A stretch of DNA of 64,000 nt, taken from positions 800,001 through 864,000 of the forward strand of contig CM000436.1 in NCBI GenBank assembly GCA_000165345.1, written 5' to 3'. Every line of letters begins with the position of its first letter. Positions within the stretch are counted from its first letter, which is position 1. This document shows positions 44,564 to 55,602 of this stretch, one piece after another. The translations under genes were made by a program, and so were the position numbers. Under the pieces are notes generated by a model. The model saw nothing but the letters and a program-made list of their open reading frames with translations, was not told where the DNA came from and did no database searches.

Positions 44564-47317
44564 TTATTCAGATATTTTTGATTTAATAAATTTCATAAAG
44601 CGCATAGAATATTTATCTGGTGGAACCGCTGAAATGCCGTTTGATGATCCAATAATGATTGCTTTGTAAAGTCTTTCAAACTTCTTAATGGTGCTCCAGG
44701 TTGAGAAAAAGTCAATAAATCCCAGGTAATAAACTTTCTTTTGATCAGAAGAGAGAATTCCAACGAACTTTCTATTATTCTTATTTTCAATAAGAGACTT
44801 GATGTTCATGGCGTCATCCTGCACATAATGTATTCCAATCAGGAGCGAATAATCCATTATGTTATAAAGTTCAAAAAATTTACAGTCTACTTCTAGTTGC
44901 TTTAGCAAATCTATTTGATCTTGCTGATTAATGTGCAACATTTCCTTATTATTCTTCATGTCCAACTCTTTTAAAGCAATAGTCTTATCTTCCTGAAGAA
45001 TTAAAGGCGTCGACCTTCCAATCCAGCTTCCCTTTATATCGTATCTTCTATGTATTTCAACGGGAGTATGAAAAATATTCTCCATTACAATGAAAAAAAT
45101 TTTGTGTATCTTGCTTTTCCTTAATATTGAATTGCCATTACTCGAAATTTGTTCCCTAATTGTATTGAATGGTTGAAGTAGAGGCTTTTTAAATCTAAGA
45201 GCATGAAGCCCATATATTCTCGTTATTAAACTGTTCTGGTTGCTTTTAATATGGTTAAAATACTTGCTCAATATGCTTCTAAAGAACACTGCCGTCTTTT
45301 TTCCCACAGTTTTTATTAAAAATCTACCGTCTGTAGTATAGTAGAAAAATGCACCAGACTTTCCTTCGCTACATAATTCATTCATTGAAGACAAATTTCC
45401 CAATACCATATTTCCCAATAACTGTTCTGGGCCAACGCTTCTTACATATGATTCAGGAGAAATATTGCATATTTCGCGGATCTTTCTGAATACCATGGGA
45501 TTATAATCAATAAACTGTACAGGCTTCATGAATCCTCTATAATCATTTGACTTTTGAATTAAAACATTTGATTTAGTGTTTGATTCCCTTGAAGTCCTGG
45601 GAATTATAAAAAACTTTTCTTTCATTATAAAGTCATAATCTGCGACATCTCGGTTCGGTTCTGAATAAACTCTCCCAATTGCCAGCCTCATTCCAACCAT
45701 CATATTCAATACTGTATTCCAACTTTCATGGCCAATGTAAACTGCATATCCCTTCGTTATTTTCACTACAGGAACATTTATACCACTTATCGTGGGTGTT
45801 TCCTTTTCAGAATGAGAATGTTTGGACTTTATTGAAGATACATTTGCCCTGGAACCCTTCACTTTAATTTTACTTGATGTCTTTGCCATATTTTGGAATC
45901 CTCTGCTAATATTGCTTCTGCGCCTATAAGTGTGTATCAAGGAGACTCGCTTCCGATTATTAGAACAATAGCTGTTCCTAGTATAATCAAGGGTACTGCT
46001 CGACTTATGCATAAACGTTTTCTTAATCATTTCGCTTGCAGACATACGATGTTTAGTATTCGGAGCAACATTACCTTTATTAATGTACATTTTCCTTCGA
46101 TTATAAACTTTTTTTATTATTCCCAAATTGAAATTGTTATATGTTACGATTTGAGATGGTGGCACCATATTCTGCAAAGAATAGATACTTTTTTTGCAAA
46201 TTGAATCGAGCATCTCAATATTATTATTCAATACACTTTTAAGCAAGAGCATGTCATGAGTAAATATTTTTACTATGCTATTAGTATCAGTAAAATTTTG
46301 AGCTTCAAACATATTTGTGCTTTTATTGATATCAAAAAGCATACAATTTAATAAATTATTTTCATTTGGGCTACGAATCCATTTTTCTAGAGTGTTAAGC
46401 GAATCAGTTGTCTCTTGTTTAATGTTTTTAATGTCCTCTAAAATATTAAAGACCTGTAGTTTCAGTCGAGAAGTAAATTCCTTTTCAATAGACTCGTTAT
46501 ACTCAACTCTATCAATTGGTTGCCTATTAAAAATATTAATTCCCTCGAATATTAACGGCGATTTCCTATTTTCAATATCTAAGTCATAAGATTCAAGAAT
46601 ATTCGGGGTTATTATTCCAAAAAATGAGAGAAACTCTGGGGAGTCTTGAATAGCCGCTTTATAACTTTCAAAGTAGATTTTGGGTTCATTTTGTTCATCT
46701 TTCACTGTTGAATAGTCGTTGAAAAAATTTTTAATTTCTTGATCCGAGAAATTTAATATTTGCGGCCCAACAAGCATATATCTAGCACTATCAATTGCTC
46801 TAATAGATTTTAATAACTTCTCAAAGGTGATCCCATCACTCAAATTCATATAATTTTCTCCCTTGATTACCCTGTAGGAAAACCTTGCCTTTTCATCGAA
46901 ATTATCAGAAATCATTATCGCTAGTGCTCTACCAAACTCGTAAAAATCAAGCAAGTTATTGTTATCAGTGTCCATCGCGTTAAAAATCATTTGAGAAAGA
47001 AGCCCATCATCTAATAGCCCCAAAACGATTCTAAACCTCCGAATATCCATGAATCCTAGTGTGTGATGTCGAGATAAAATCAATTCAAATTTATTTTGGC
47101 ATTTAATATATATAAATATATATCATTATAGTTACGAAATACTAATATTAAAGAGTTAATAATATAACTTACCATTATCTGAGTTTGAGATAAATGTATT
47201 GTAAAAATCCCTAATTTGCTTTGTGGATAGGTTTGTCTCATTTTGGATTTTTGTAAAAATATCTTGTTTTAATTTGAAACTTGAACATTTCCTAAAGAAA
47301 ATTTTGATTTTATGCAT
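44564..47317 (-). CDS. Phosphatidylinositol-4-phosphate 5-kinase (PIP5K) fused to an N-terminal EF-hand/neuronal-calcium-sensor-like domain. Two exons: 47317..47173 and 47055..44564, with the intron at 47056..47172.
   Basis: The PIPK catalytic core reads GKSGAFFYYTTDGRFLIKTV...MDYSLLIGIH...LGFIDFFSTW. The upstream exon encodes MHKIKIFFRKCSSFKLKQDIFTKIQNETNLSTKQIRDFYNTFISNSDN and ends at AATG|GTAAGT. A 117-nt intron ends in CACTAG and joins in frame to GFMDIRRFRIV...DTDNNNLLDFYEF (EF-hand loop). The NCS-PIP5K fusion is the architecture described for apicomplexan PIP5K. Confidence 0.8.
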
Positions 47318-47562
47318 TTGTTCAAATAATAGTTACTATATATAGCATATCAAAAATCGAATGTATAACTTTCGATCAAACAGAATTATTAGATATAAAT
47401 CAATACAAGTAAAAGATATTTGAAACTCATTGCGCGGGAGAAAAGCTCAGAAACATGTAAATATTTCGAGAAATTAAGAGAAAATGACAAACAATTATTT
47501 AAGTTAATAGTAGATATGCTACATCAAAATTTGTCACATTGAGTTCAAGTATATCACAATAG

Positions 47563-48757
47563 TTACTTTGTGTCATATCTGTTCGTAAGTGACGTTCTCT
47601 CTTCCTGAATTGTTTTGGATTTGTTAAATTGAACTGGTTTTTTACTTGCAATAATATGGTACTGGCCTTCGCCTCTTATCATAGCGTTTAGTGGTATCCT
47701 CACGGTTTGACTATTTACAAGCCACATTAGAGCTCTTCCAATGTAACTTGAAGAACTTTTGGAATTAACCTAATTTTCATTAGTTAAAAAAAACATGTTT
47801 ATGTAATGACTTACCTTGGATAAAAAAGGCTCTACTTCCGTCTTCAAAGAATAAATGACGTTGGTAGTAATATTGAATTGCTTAATAATTTGGAATCCAG
47901 TATTTGCAATTGTATCCTAATCTAGTATTGAATGAAGATTCCTTAATATTTTGCAAGCTTACCTTTATATCTGGCCAGGCAATTGTGGGCGAAATATCTG
48001 CGAAGAGCATCATTCCACCTGGTTTAAGTAAGTCAAAAACTCCCTTTACAAACTTGTCAAAATTTGGATAACAGTGAGCGGACTCAACATTCAACACAAT
48101 GTCAAAAGATTCAGGCGCAAAGTAATTTTCAAGTTCCATACTGCTTCCAACATAAAATACTTTATTTCCAGCAGGAATCAAATCATTCCTATATATTTGT
48201 CTGCATAATTCAATCCCCTGATCACTAATATCAATCCCAGCATAAGACATCGGTTCAGCAACACTGCAAACTACAACCGAGCCTCCCCCTCTTCCGCAGC
48301 CTACCTCTAAGATGGATTTACCTTTGAAGTCATCATCATAAGTAGATAGAACTGCGGTATAAAGCTGCACTGAGTTCCAAACATCATTAAAGTTTGGCGG
48401 GGATTCTTTCTTTAACTTTTCCAATTTAGACTCGATAAATTTATCTAGCTCCGAATTTTCAGGAGGGCTATGAGGAGTTTTAATTGCATAGCCATAGTTC
48501 ATAAATGAGACATCAATGTTAGAAGTGTACTGTAACTTTGTAAATAGTGAATTGCAAGCATTATAACAAAATCTCCAAAATGACGGAGCAATGTTCAATA
48601 ACGACTTAAGGTGCCAATAAGTTAGCCAAACGAAGGTTAGTATTGAATCAATTACTGTAAGTATTTTCATTTCTCCTAAAGCCTTAATATCTGAGTAAAT
48701 AATTATTAAAATTGATTCTTTACCAAAAAAAAATGAATGTAAATGAAATATCCTCAC
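47563..48757 (-). CDS. SAM-dependent methyltransferase of bacterial (actinobacterial lipid/polyketide O-methyltransferase-like) type with an N-terminal transmembrane segment. Three-exon model: 48757 (or first ATG at 48670)..47963, 47881..47815, 47732..47563.
   Basis: Motif I reads ILEVGCGRGGGSVVV and the post-II/III region reads DIVLNVESAHCYPNFDKFVKGVFDLLKPGGMMLFADI. The hydrophobic N-terminus is KILTVIDSILTFVWLTYW. The track ORF stops at 47882 just after AAG|GTAAGC. Splicing an 81-nt intron to CAATTC... gives QFNITTNVIYSLKTEVEPFLFQ. That exon ends at G|GTAAGT, and an 82-nt intron joins to ALMWLVNSQTVRIPLNAMIRGEGQYHIIASKK...*. The frame stays open across both junctions, and the spliced C-terminus resembles the C-termini of this MTase class. 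Confidence 0.5.
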
Positions 48758-49288
48758 TTGCTTGGAGCGATAAACAAGTCGAGTGATAACCCTCTTAAGT
48801 TTCGAAAAAAAAACCGAACGCTTTTATCAAAGTTCAAGTACGAGCAAAAACAACTTTCGTATTTTCGAAAAAAAAAAATTGTAAATATGTTGCTTCATTA
48901 AAGCACTAATGAATGTAATACAAAGTTATACTTTACATTTTATCAAATTAACTACCCAGACAACTTAAATATACCAACCAGACATAAATGTGTGGCCAAG
49001 AAGAGTATTAATAAATACAATATAGAGCTTACTATATTTTATTTTATCCTTGAGCCTCTGCAATTACCAATTGATAAAAATTTGCAAAAAGAAAGAACTT
49101 TCCCGCAAAAATTTTAACAGAAAACCACCTCACAATACGTTTAAAAATATGTCTATACGAATGAAAGTGAGGTAAAGTGAGAATTCTTAGAAAAAAACTC
49201 TTAATCCAGTTAGATTTTTCCTACGAAAAAATTTATGGGAAAAGTTTGGATGGTATGTTTTGCAAAAAAATAATATGCAAAATAGAAA

Positions 49289-51121
49289 ATGAATCTTTCT
49301 CGTCCTGGATCATCTAAAGTTAGAACAAACGAGCATTTGAATTTTAATGTGAAAAACAAATTAAATAGAACAAAGATTACGGTTGTTGTCAGAAAACGAC
49401 CTCTTACTGATAACGAAATCTCAAGGAATGATGTTGATGTTGTAGAGGCTGTATGCAACGAAAATACTATTTATGTCCATGAATTGAAAACCAAAGTAGA
49501 TTGTACTAAATATATAGACAAGCATTCATATACTTTTGATCGAGTATATAGTGAGCAAATCAACAATAGAGAACTATATGAAGATATTATACGTCCTTTA
49601 ACTGAAAACATCTTTACCCCGGGATTTAAATGCTCCTGTTTTGCCTATGGCCAAACTGGAAGTGGAAAGACTTATACAATGATGGGAAGTGAAAATACGG
49701 CTTATTCTAATAGCTTACAGAGGAAAACTGAACGTGAACTTGGAATTTTCGAACTAGCAGTGAATAATATTTTTGAGCTTCTTGAACAAAGCGAACATGA
49801 AAATAAAGAAGTTTATGTTTCGTTTTTCGAAATCTACTGCGACAAACTATATGATCTACTTAACAATCAAAAGCTTGTGAGCGCAATGGAAAACAGTAAA
49901 CGTGAAGTAGTTGTCAAGGATCTAACTGAAAGGTTGATAAAAACCCGGGAGGACTTGTTATCTGTGATTAGCAAAGGATTAGAATATAGAAGAACTGCCC
50001 AAAATAGTATGAATGATATGTCATCCAGATCTCACGCAATTCTGCAAATTGAAATTAGATCCAGAATTTTTTCTACCACAAAAGAATCTACTCTTCAATC
50101 TCCCCTTTCTCCTAAATTCATTACATATGGGAAAATGGTATTTATCGACTTGGCAGGAAGTGAGAGGGGTGCAGACACAGTGCATAGCACAAGACAGACA
50201 CAACAGGATGGAGCAGGGATTAATCGCTCTTTACTTGCTCTAAAGGAATGCATTCGAGCTCTACACGACCAACAAAGCAGCCATGTTCCTTTTAGGCAAT
50301 CAGAATTGACCAAGGTTTTAAAAGATGTATTTGTTGGAAATGCACACTCTGTTATGATTGCAAATATAGGCCCTTGTTACTCTTGTTCTGAACAAACTTT
50401 AAACACTCTTAGATATGCTCACAGGGTAAAAGAACTGAGGAAAAAGTCAGTTATCAGATCAGATACTTTTCATAGCGATAAATATTCTTCTAAGCATCCA
50501 CTTTCTAGAAAAACAACTGCGCCTGCAAATATGTCTAAAAAAGATGCATCTTCCAGTAATGAAAGCCCGAGATCATGTACTGAAGAGGAATTTGAGGAAT
50601 CTAATGCTGACACTGAGTTTAGAGAAGATGATTTCGAAATTAGCCAGGAAATGATCAAATATGGAAATGCTGTAGAGCGTAACTTAAGCCAATCGTCTCC
50701 AAACATGCCTGATGAAGAGCATCTGTCAATCAGAAATGAATCTCCACAAATCGAAAAATTATTTGGAAGAAGCAGTATTTTTAACATTCCTGGTATTGGC
50801 ATTGTCAATACCGATACGATTCCGGAGGCTGATCTAAACAAACTAAAAAAATATTTGGGTGAATACTTTATTAAAAAACAAGAAGAACTTGCATCAAACC
50901 ATGCAACGCATTTGGGTGTGCTGTGTGAGTGTTTGAAGGAAGAATCGCTAATACTAAAAGACTTGTTAAAGAAAAACTATAGCAGAGAGAGCTCTAATGA
51001 ATACATCCAAGAATTAAAAAGTTTGGTTACGAGGAAATCAGAATCTTTGGAAAACCTAAAAAAAGAATTGGTAGAAATCGAAGAACTCATATCGATTATG
51101 GATACTATAGGAATCAGGTAA
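49289..51121 (+). CDS. Kinesin motor protein, kinesin-13 (MCAK-like) family
   Basis: The N-terminal neck plus KITVVVRKRPL is typical of kinesin-13. The P-loop reads GQTGSGKTYTM, switch I reads SSRSH and switch II reads DLAGSER. The KVD/KEC-like loop and the motor position near the N-terminal/central region are also consistent. An acidic, S-rich C-terminal tail follows. Confidence 0.85.
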   Translation: MNLSRPGSSKVRTNEHLNFNVKNKLNRTKITVVVRKRPLTDNEISRNDVDVVEAVCNENTIYVHELKTKVDCTKYIDKHSYTFDRVYSEQINNRELYEDIIRPLTENIFTPGFKCSCFAYGQTGSGKTYTMMGSENTAYSNSLQRKTERELGIFELAVNNIFELLEQSEHENKEVYVSFFEIYCDKLYDLLNNQKLVSAMENSKREVVVKDLTERLIKTREDLLSVISKGLEYRRTAQNSMNDMSSRSHAILQIEIRSRIFSTTKESTLQSPLSPKFITYGKMVFIDLAGSERGADTVHSTRQTQQDGAGINRSLLALKECIRALHDQQSSHVPFRQSELTKVLKDVFVGNAHSVMIANIGPCYSCSEQTLNTLRYAHRVKELRKKSVIRSDTFHSDKYSSKHPLSRKTTAPANMSKKDASSSNESPRSCTEEEFEESNADTEFREDDFEISQEMIKYGNAVERNLSQSSPNMPDEEHLSIRNESPQIEKLFGRSSIFNIPGIGIVNTDTIPEADLNKLKKYLGEYFIKKQEELASNHATHLGVLCECLKEESLILKDLLKKNYSRESSNEYIQELKSLVTRKSESLENLKKELVEIEELISIMDTIGIR

Positions 51122-51754
51122 CAAAAATTAATTGTTTGATTGTTAATTTAAGTAATATTCATCTTTAAAGGTTTTAAATTACCCATCTAATGAATTCCCA
51201 CGTTTATATATCTATTTTCAATTGTTAATTTATATAGTGTTCTTACAATTATAGAATTAGGTAATTTAATTAAAAAAATATAAAATAGAAAGAGAAAAGT
51301 TAGAAATGTCATATGCAAGTAGAGTTTTCTATCAATTGAAAGTTCGAATGCATTTAATTTTTTCCAATATAGTACTTTTAAGTCAAGTATTAGTTCAACC
51401 TTTCTCATTTAACAAGCTGTCAGGAGACCAGAACTGAATCCTTTACTTAACTCCTTATTTTTATTATTACAGCATAACTACAGCTCGAGAATCAGATGTT
51501 TTGTTAGAAAACTACCTTTACCAGTGGCAACCAGTATTAGGTATTTCTACAAAAAAATTAGTGATATCCAGACCAAACTTATGGAAGAGAGTGCCCAAAT
51601 TTCCCTATCAAAATTAAAAAGCCCAATTTACAATGCAATATAATGTAAGTTGCAAAAATTGCTTTTTAGAGCAGAATGGATCTAATGCCACAATATAACA
51701 GGTGTGCATTAAAAAAAAAAACAGCGGCAATACTGATTCACCATTTTTTTAAAA

Positions 51755-52876
51755 ATGTCGCTGTTCCAGCCGAGTAATCAAATCAAACTGACCAATGTTG
51801 CAGTTGTTCGCTATAAGTCTCATGGAAAAAGATTTGAAGTTGCGTGCTATAAAAATAAAATTCTGAATTGGAGAAGTGGAGTAGAATGGGATCTTGATGA
51901 AGTTTTACAGATTAGAACAATTTTTGCAAATGTCTCAAAAGGCCAATTGGCGAATTCCGATGATTTAAATACCGTTTTTGGAACAAATAGCATTGATAAT
52001 ATTTGCAAAACTATTCTGAGCAAGGGTGAGATTCAAATATCAGAAACAGAAAGAAGTTATATGCTAGACAAACAATTTACCGATATCTGTCACATGCTCA
52101 ACAGAATGACTGTTAATCCAAAAAATAACTTGCCACTATCCGTAAAAATTATAGAATCTGAACTTAAAGATTCTGGATTTTCTGTATCATTAAATAAAAC
52201 AACTAAGGAGCAAGCACTAAAAGCGTTTGACATATTAAAAAAGCGTATTCCTGATCAGATTGAAAGGGCTAAAATGATGCTAAAGTTATCGGTAGATATT
52301 GTAAATAAACAGAATATAACTAAAAAGCTTAATGAATTTAATGTATTTCCTATTTCATCTGAAGAAAAACATAATACTTATACCATTACGTTTCTTTGTG
52401 AGCCACGATATTATCGAGAAATAGATCAGTTGGATTGCAAATTACTCTTACTTGACTCAAATGTAAAAACTTTGGACAAAAATTCAAATTTTGATAATGC
52501 AGAAGCTATTCAACTTGAACTTTCTAACAAAAGCGATATATTGTTTAATTCAATAACTTCCGACCCCAGGCATATAATTGATAAAAAACTAGAAAAAACA
52601 GAAGTTAGTATTAAAGAAAATGCAAATGCATTTGTAAAACCGATTGTCTCGAGTTTGAATATAGAAGAAAGCAAACGTGAGATTAAGTCTAACATGCTTC
52701 TTTGTCGCAAATGTAATATTCAATTGATGGATCATAATGCGTTTAAACAACATTACCGATCTGAATGGCATATTTTTAATACCAAAAGAAATGCAAGAAA
52801 AATGGAGCCGATTAGTGAGGAAGAATTTCTAGAGCTTCAGCAAGATATAAAGTTGGGATTTCTTGCAGTAGAATGA
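51755..52876 (+). CDS. SBDS (Shwachman-Bodian-Diamond syndrome / Sdo1) ribosome maturation factor with a C-terminal C2H2 zinc-finger extension
   Basis: The N-terminal FYSH domain reads QPSNQIKLTNVAVVRYKSHGKRFEVACYKNKILNWRSG...DLDEVLQIRTIFANVSKGQLANSDDL. The C-terminal extension CRKCNIQLMDHNAFKQHYRSEWHIFNTKRN has C2H2 spacing. Confidence 0.85.
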   Translation: MSLFQPSNQIKLTNVAVVRYKSHGKRFEVACYKNKILNWRSGVEWDLDEVLQIRTIFANVSKGQLANSDDLNTVFGTNSIDNICKTILSKGEIQISETERSYMLDKQFTDICHMLNRMTVNPKNNLPLSVKIIESELKDSGFSVSLNKTTKEQALKAFDILKKRIPDQIERAKMMLKLSVDIVNKQNITKKLNEFNVFPISSEEKHNTYTITFLCEPRYYREIDQLDCKLLLLDSNVKTLDKNSNFDNAEAIQLELSNKSDILFNSITSDPRHIIDKKLEKTEVSIKENANAFVKPIVSSLNIEESKREIKSNMLLCRKCNIQLMDHNAFKQHYRSEWHIFNTKRNARKMEPISEEEFLELQQDIKLGFLAVE

Positions 52877-53333
52877 CTTCAGCCTATTATTGCTGAAATT
52901 CAATATTAAAACTTAAGATTTATTTCTATATATTTTATAATAAGTTAGATCATTTGAATGAAACTTAGAAATAGAAAATAATTACGTTTATATTTGATAA
53001 TCAGTTCAGTTACTGCATAATAAATCTATTCATTGAAAGGACTGTTTCATAATTTGTAGAACTTATGCAAAAAAATTTTAGGAAAAGGATATTTGAACTA
53101 TTGATTCAATCTCCGAGAAAATTCAAGAGCATAAATTTGTGGAAAGAAGTTTAAACACTGTCTTTGATTCAGTTTTATTGTCCGATTATTACTATTTCTA
53201 GACTATAGAACTAAGAAATTTGAATCCATGGAGGAATTTCAGCCATCATGCGCTTAACATCTAAAATTTGAAAATATTAATTCTGTTTTATGTGAATTAC
53301 CCTTTTTGCGTTTTGAAAAAGTTATAAAATTTA

Positions 53334-55280
53334 CTATTCATCATAGAAAAATGTATCTGGCCACAAATTCATAATAGGCTCAAGTCTCAGCTCTAACACA
53401 CTTGTTGGCAGAGTCAAAGAAAAATTGTTTAATACTTTAGGGTGAATAACGCCCATAATCCCAATAACAACTTGCTCATTTAACATTGTTTTTTCAATGT
53501 CAATACTCTTTAAACAGCTATTAAGTTCTACTTTTTGAATGGTAATTTTAACACTTCTAGTCGGTAGAAAAGAGGGGTCATTGACTTCGGAAAGTGAATA
53601 CATACCAATAATATTTGGGTGTATTGAATTGGGTTCATTAAGTGAATATTCTGCAACAAGACCCAGTTTACTTAGTAATTGGTCGAGAAATCCGTGAATC
53701 TCCTCAAGCCCACTACCGCTTGAATTACAATATGCTATTGACACTCGTTTATCATTCCTTGATCCGGATGGAGTATTATTATCCAAAATTACAACATCGC
53801 CCACTTCAAATATCTTTTGTGGTAGAGGCAAACTTTTGTTGGAAGCAATTGTTTTCAATAAAGATTGAATAAGTGTTGTTCTTAAGATTTCAAATTCACT
53901 TGTTTTTGCATCCTTAACTACAACTGGAGGGCAATTCAAGTTGTACTGTACCTCACTCTCGAATAAATTCTTTAACTTAATATTCTCAGTTCTAAATAAG
54001 CTTTCAAAGCAATCAGAGTGTTTGCAAAGAGCCCAGTTTAAAGACTCCGAAATTCCTAAAAGAGAGAGTTCACGTTTAACTTGTTCTGCCATCAAGCTTG
54101 ATTTATCAAGTTCGTAAAAACGTGACTTTTTCAACTCAATGTTATTAAACCCAAAAGAAATTCCAATATCTTCAATTATATCAACAGGATGTAATATATC
54201 TGATCTGTTAATTGGAACAAAACACTTCAAAGATTCACTGTCTTTAATAATTTCTGAGTCTATCATCATTTTGCGAAGCAAACTCTGAGTAACTATTGGA
54301 TCTAGAATTGGGTTGATACCAAGTAGATTTGATGCTTCAGATGCTTTAACCACAAATTCTAACCTCTCTAAATTCGGAGTTACCACATGATAATTACCAT
54401 TTGCTAAAACCTCGTATTTATGCGGAAATGGAGGATAGGTCGAATGTTCGTATTCAACCTTAACAGGTTCAATCTCAAATTTATTTTTACAATACATTGA
54501 GAAAGAAGAAACGATTTGGTTTAAGACTATGGATGCTCTACTATAGTCTGTTGCGGTTACTTCAATAAAAACGTTTTTTGTATTTAATGTGATTTTGCTT
54601 TGACTACCATTTATTAGTGGAGGAACTGATAATACAATTCCATTAGAATCGGTAACAACAGGCAAAAATATTTCGTTTTCCACCAGTGAGACATATTTTT
54701 TTAGCTGCTGATGTTTGTTAAGTAAATCTAATAGTTGGTTTCCATCAACCTCCGTTGAGCCAATCAAAGGTACAAATTTAATTTCACTGTGTGGTTTTGC
54801 ATCATAATAAAATGGGCCTTCAATCATATCAAGATCATGGGTACCAATTGATACCAAAGATCTCTTTCTGCAAATATTATTATGTAATTTTTCTTGGTAA
54901 TCGATAAAACTCTTATAAACATCTTCATTGAAGCTAAGATCTCTTAATATTGCGCATAAAATAAAGGGTCGTACTCTTGCTACATTTCTCTTTACAATGA
55001 TCTTTTGATCATTCCCCTTGGGTTTCAAATTAAATAAAGGAATATTTGAGTTTCCTATAAAACAACCTAATGCAATTACAAGACCCTCTAAGCAGAGAAT
55101 ATCAGGTCTATTTGCAGGTATTTCAATTTTTGCTACATTATCTTTTATTTCCTCATCGAACTCTATACAATCCAATTCCAGACCAAAGTTGAAGCAAACC
55201 TCATCTAACCACTCGCTGGTTACCTCCTTATTTAAATAAGAAGAAAGCAATCTTGTACTTACTGATATAACGGGCATCTT
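53334..55280 (-). CDS. Phenylalanyl-tRNA synthetase beta subunit (eukaryotic/archaeal type)
   Basis: The N-terminus MPVISVSTRLLSSYL matches the FARSB start (MPTVSV..LF). The B3/4 and B5 domain architecture is present. The length is about 650 aa with no stops. The track start at 55331 adds 17 poorly conserved residues, so the likely ATG is at 55280. Confidence 0.8.
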   Translation of the reverse strand, partial: KMPVISVSTRLLSSYLNKEVTSEWLDEVCFNFGLELDCIEFDEEIKDNVAKIEIPANRPDILCLEGLVIALGCFIGNSNIPLFNLKPKGNDQKIIVKRNVARVRPFILCAILRDLSFNEDVYKSFIDYQEKLHNNICRKRSLVSIGTHDLDMIEGPFYYDAKPHSEIKFVPLIGSTEVDGNQLLDLLNKHQQLKKYVSLVENEIFLPVVTDSNGIVLSVPPLINGSQSKITLNTKNVFIEVTATDYSRASIVLNQIVSSFSMYCKNKFEIEPVKVEYEHSTYPPFPHKYEVLANGNYHVVTPNLERLEFVVKASEASNLLGINPILDPIVTQSLLRKMMIDSEIIKDSESLKCFVPINRSDILHPVDIIEDIGISFGFNNIELKKSRFYELDKSSLMAEQVKRELSLLGISESLNWALCKHSDCFESLFRTENIKLKNLFESEVQYNLNCPPVVVKDAKTSEFEILRTTLIQSLLKTIASNKSLPLPQKIFEVGDVVILDNNTPSGSRNDKRVSIAYCNSSGSGLEEIHGFLDQLLSKLGLVAEYSLNEPNSIHPNIIGMYSLSEVNDPSFLPTRSVKITIQKVELNSCLKSIDIEKTMLNEQVVIGIMGVIHPKVLNNFSLTLPTSVLELRLEPIMNLWPDTFFYDE

Positions 55281-55602
55281 AACTGTATACAAACTTAATA
55301 ACTTTGGACACTTAATAAGAGAGAGCGGCACTTTGCAAATAATGAAACTATTTTGAGGTAACAGGGTTTTGTTTCATTTTCTATAACTGTCACATTCAGC
55401 AGGATTTATCATTAGTTACATACCGTCAGCTCCAAATCATCCCAAAGGTATATCAGAAGTTAAAAAAAATACTACTATAGGTGCCAAGACATTAAAATTT
55501 CCCTATCTCCTAAAGAAAGCCGCTAAGCTCCTAGTTTCAATTTGAATTTCTGTATAAATACAAGATTAAAAAGATTCGATGATATTAACCTATATTCATG
55601 AA

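Noticed and set aside
47882-47962. Track C-terminus of the methyltransferase (…VSLQNIKESSFNTRLGYNCKYWIPNY*)
   Set aside because: The reading frame crosses a GTAAGC donor immediately after PDIK. The spliced alternative yields a longer, MTase-like C-terminus over two further exons. The read-through remains possible if the transcript is unspliced.
51122-51480. Extension of the kinesin-13 by a downstream 3' exon
   Set aside because: The donor GGTAACA after the kinesin stop is weak. The only frame compatible with the phase gives a non-conserved 50-aa tail. I kept it as an open question in the findings rather than a feature.
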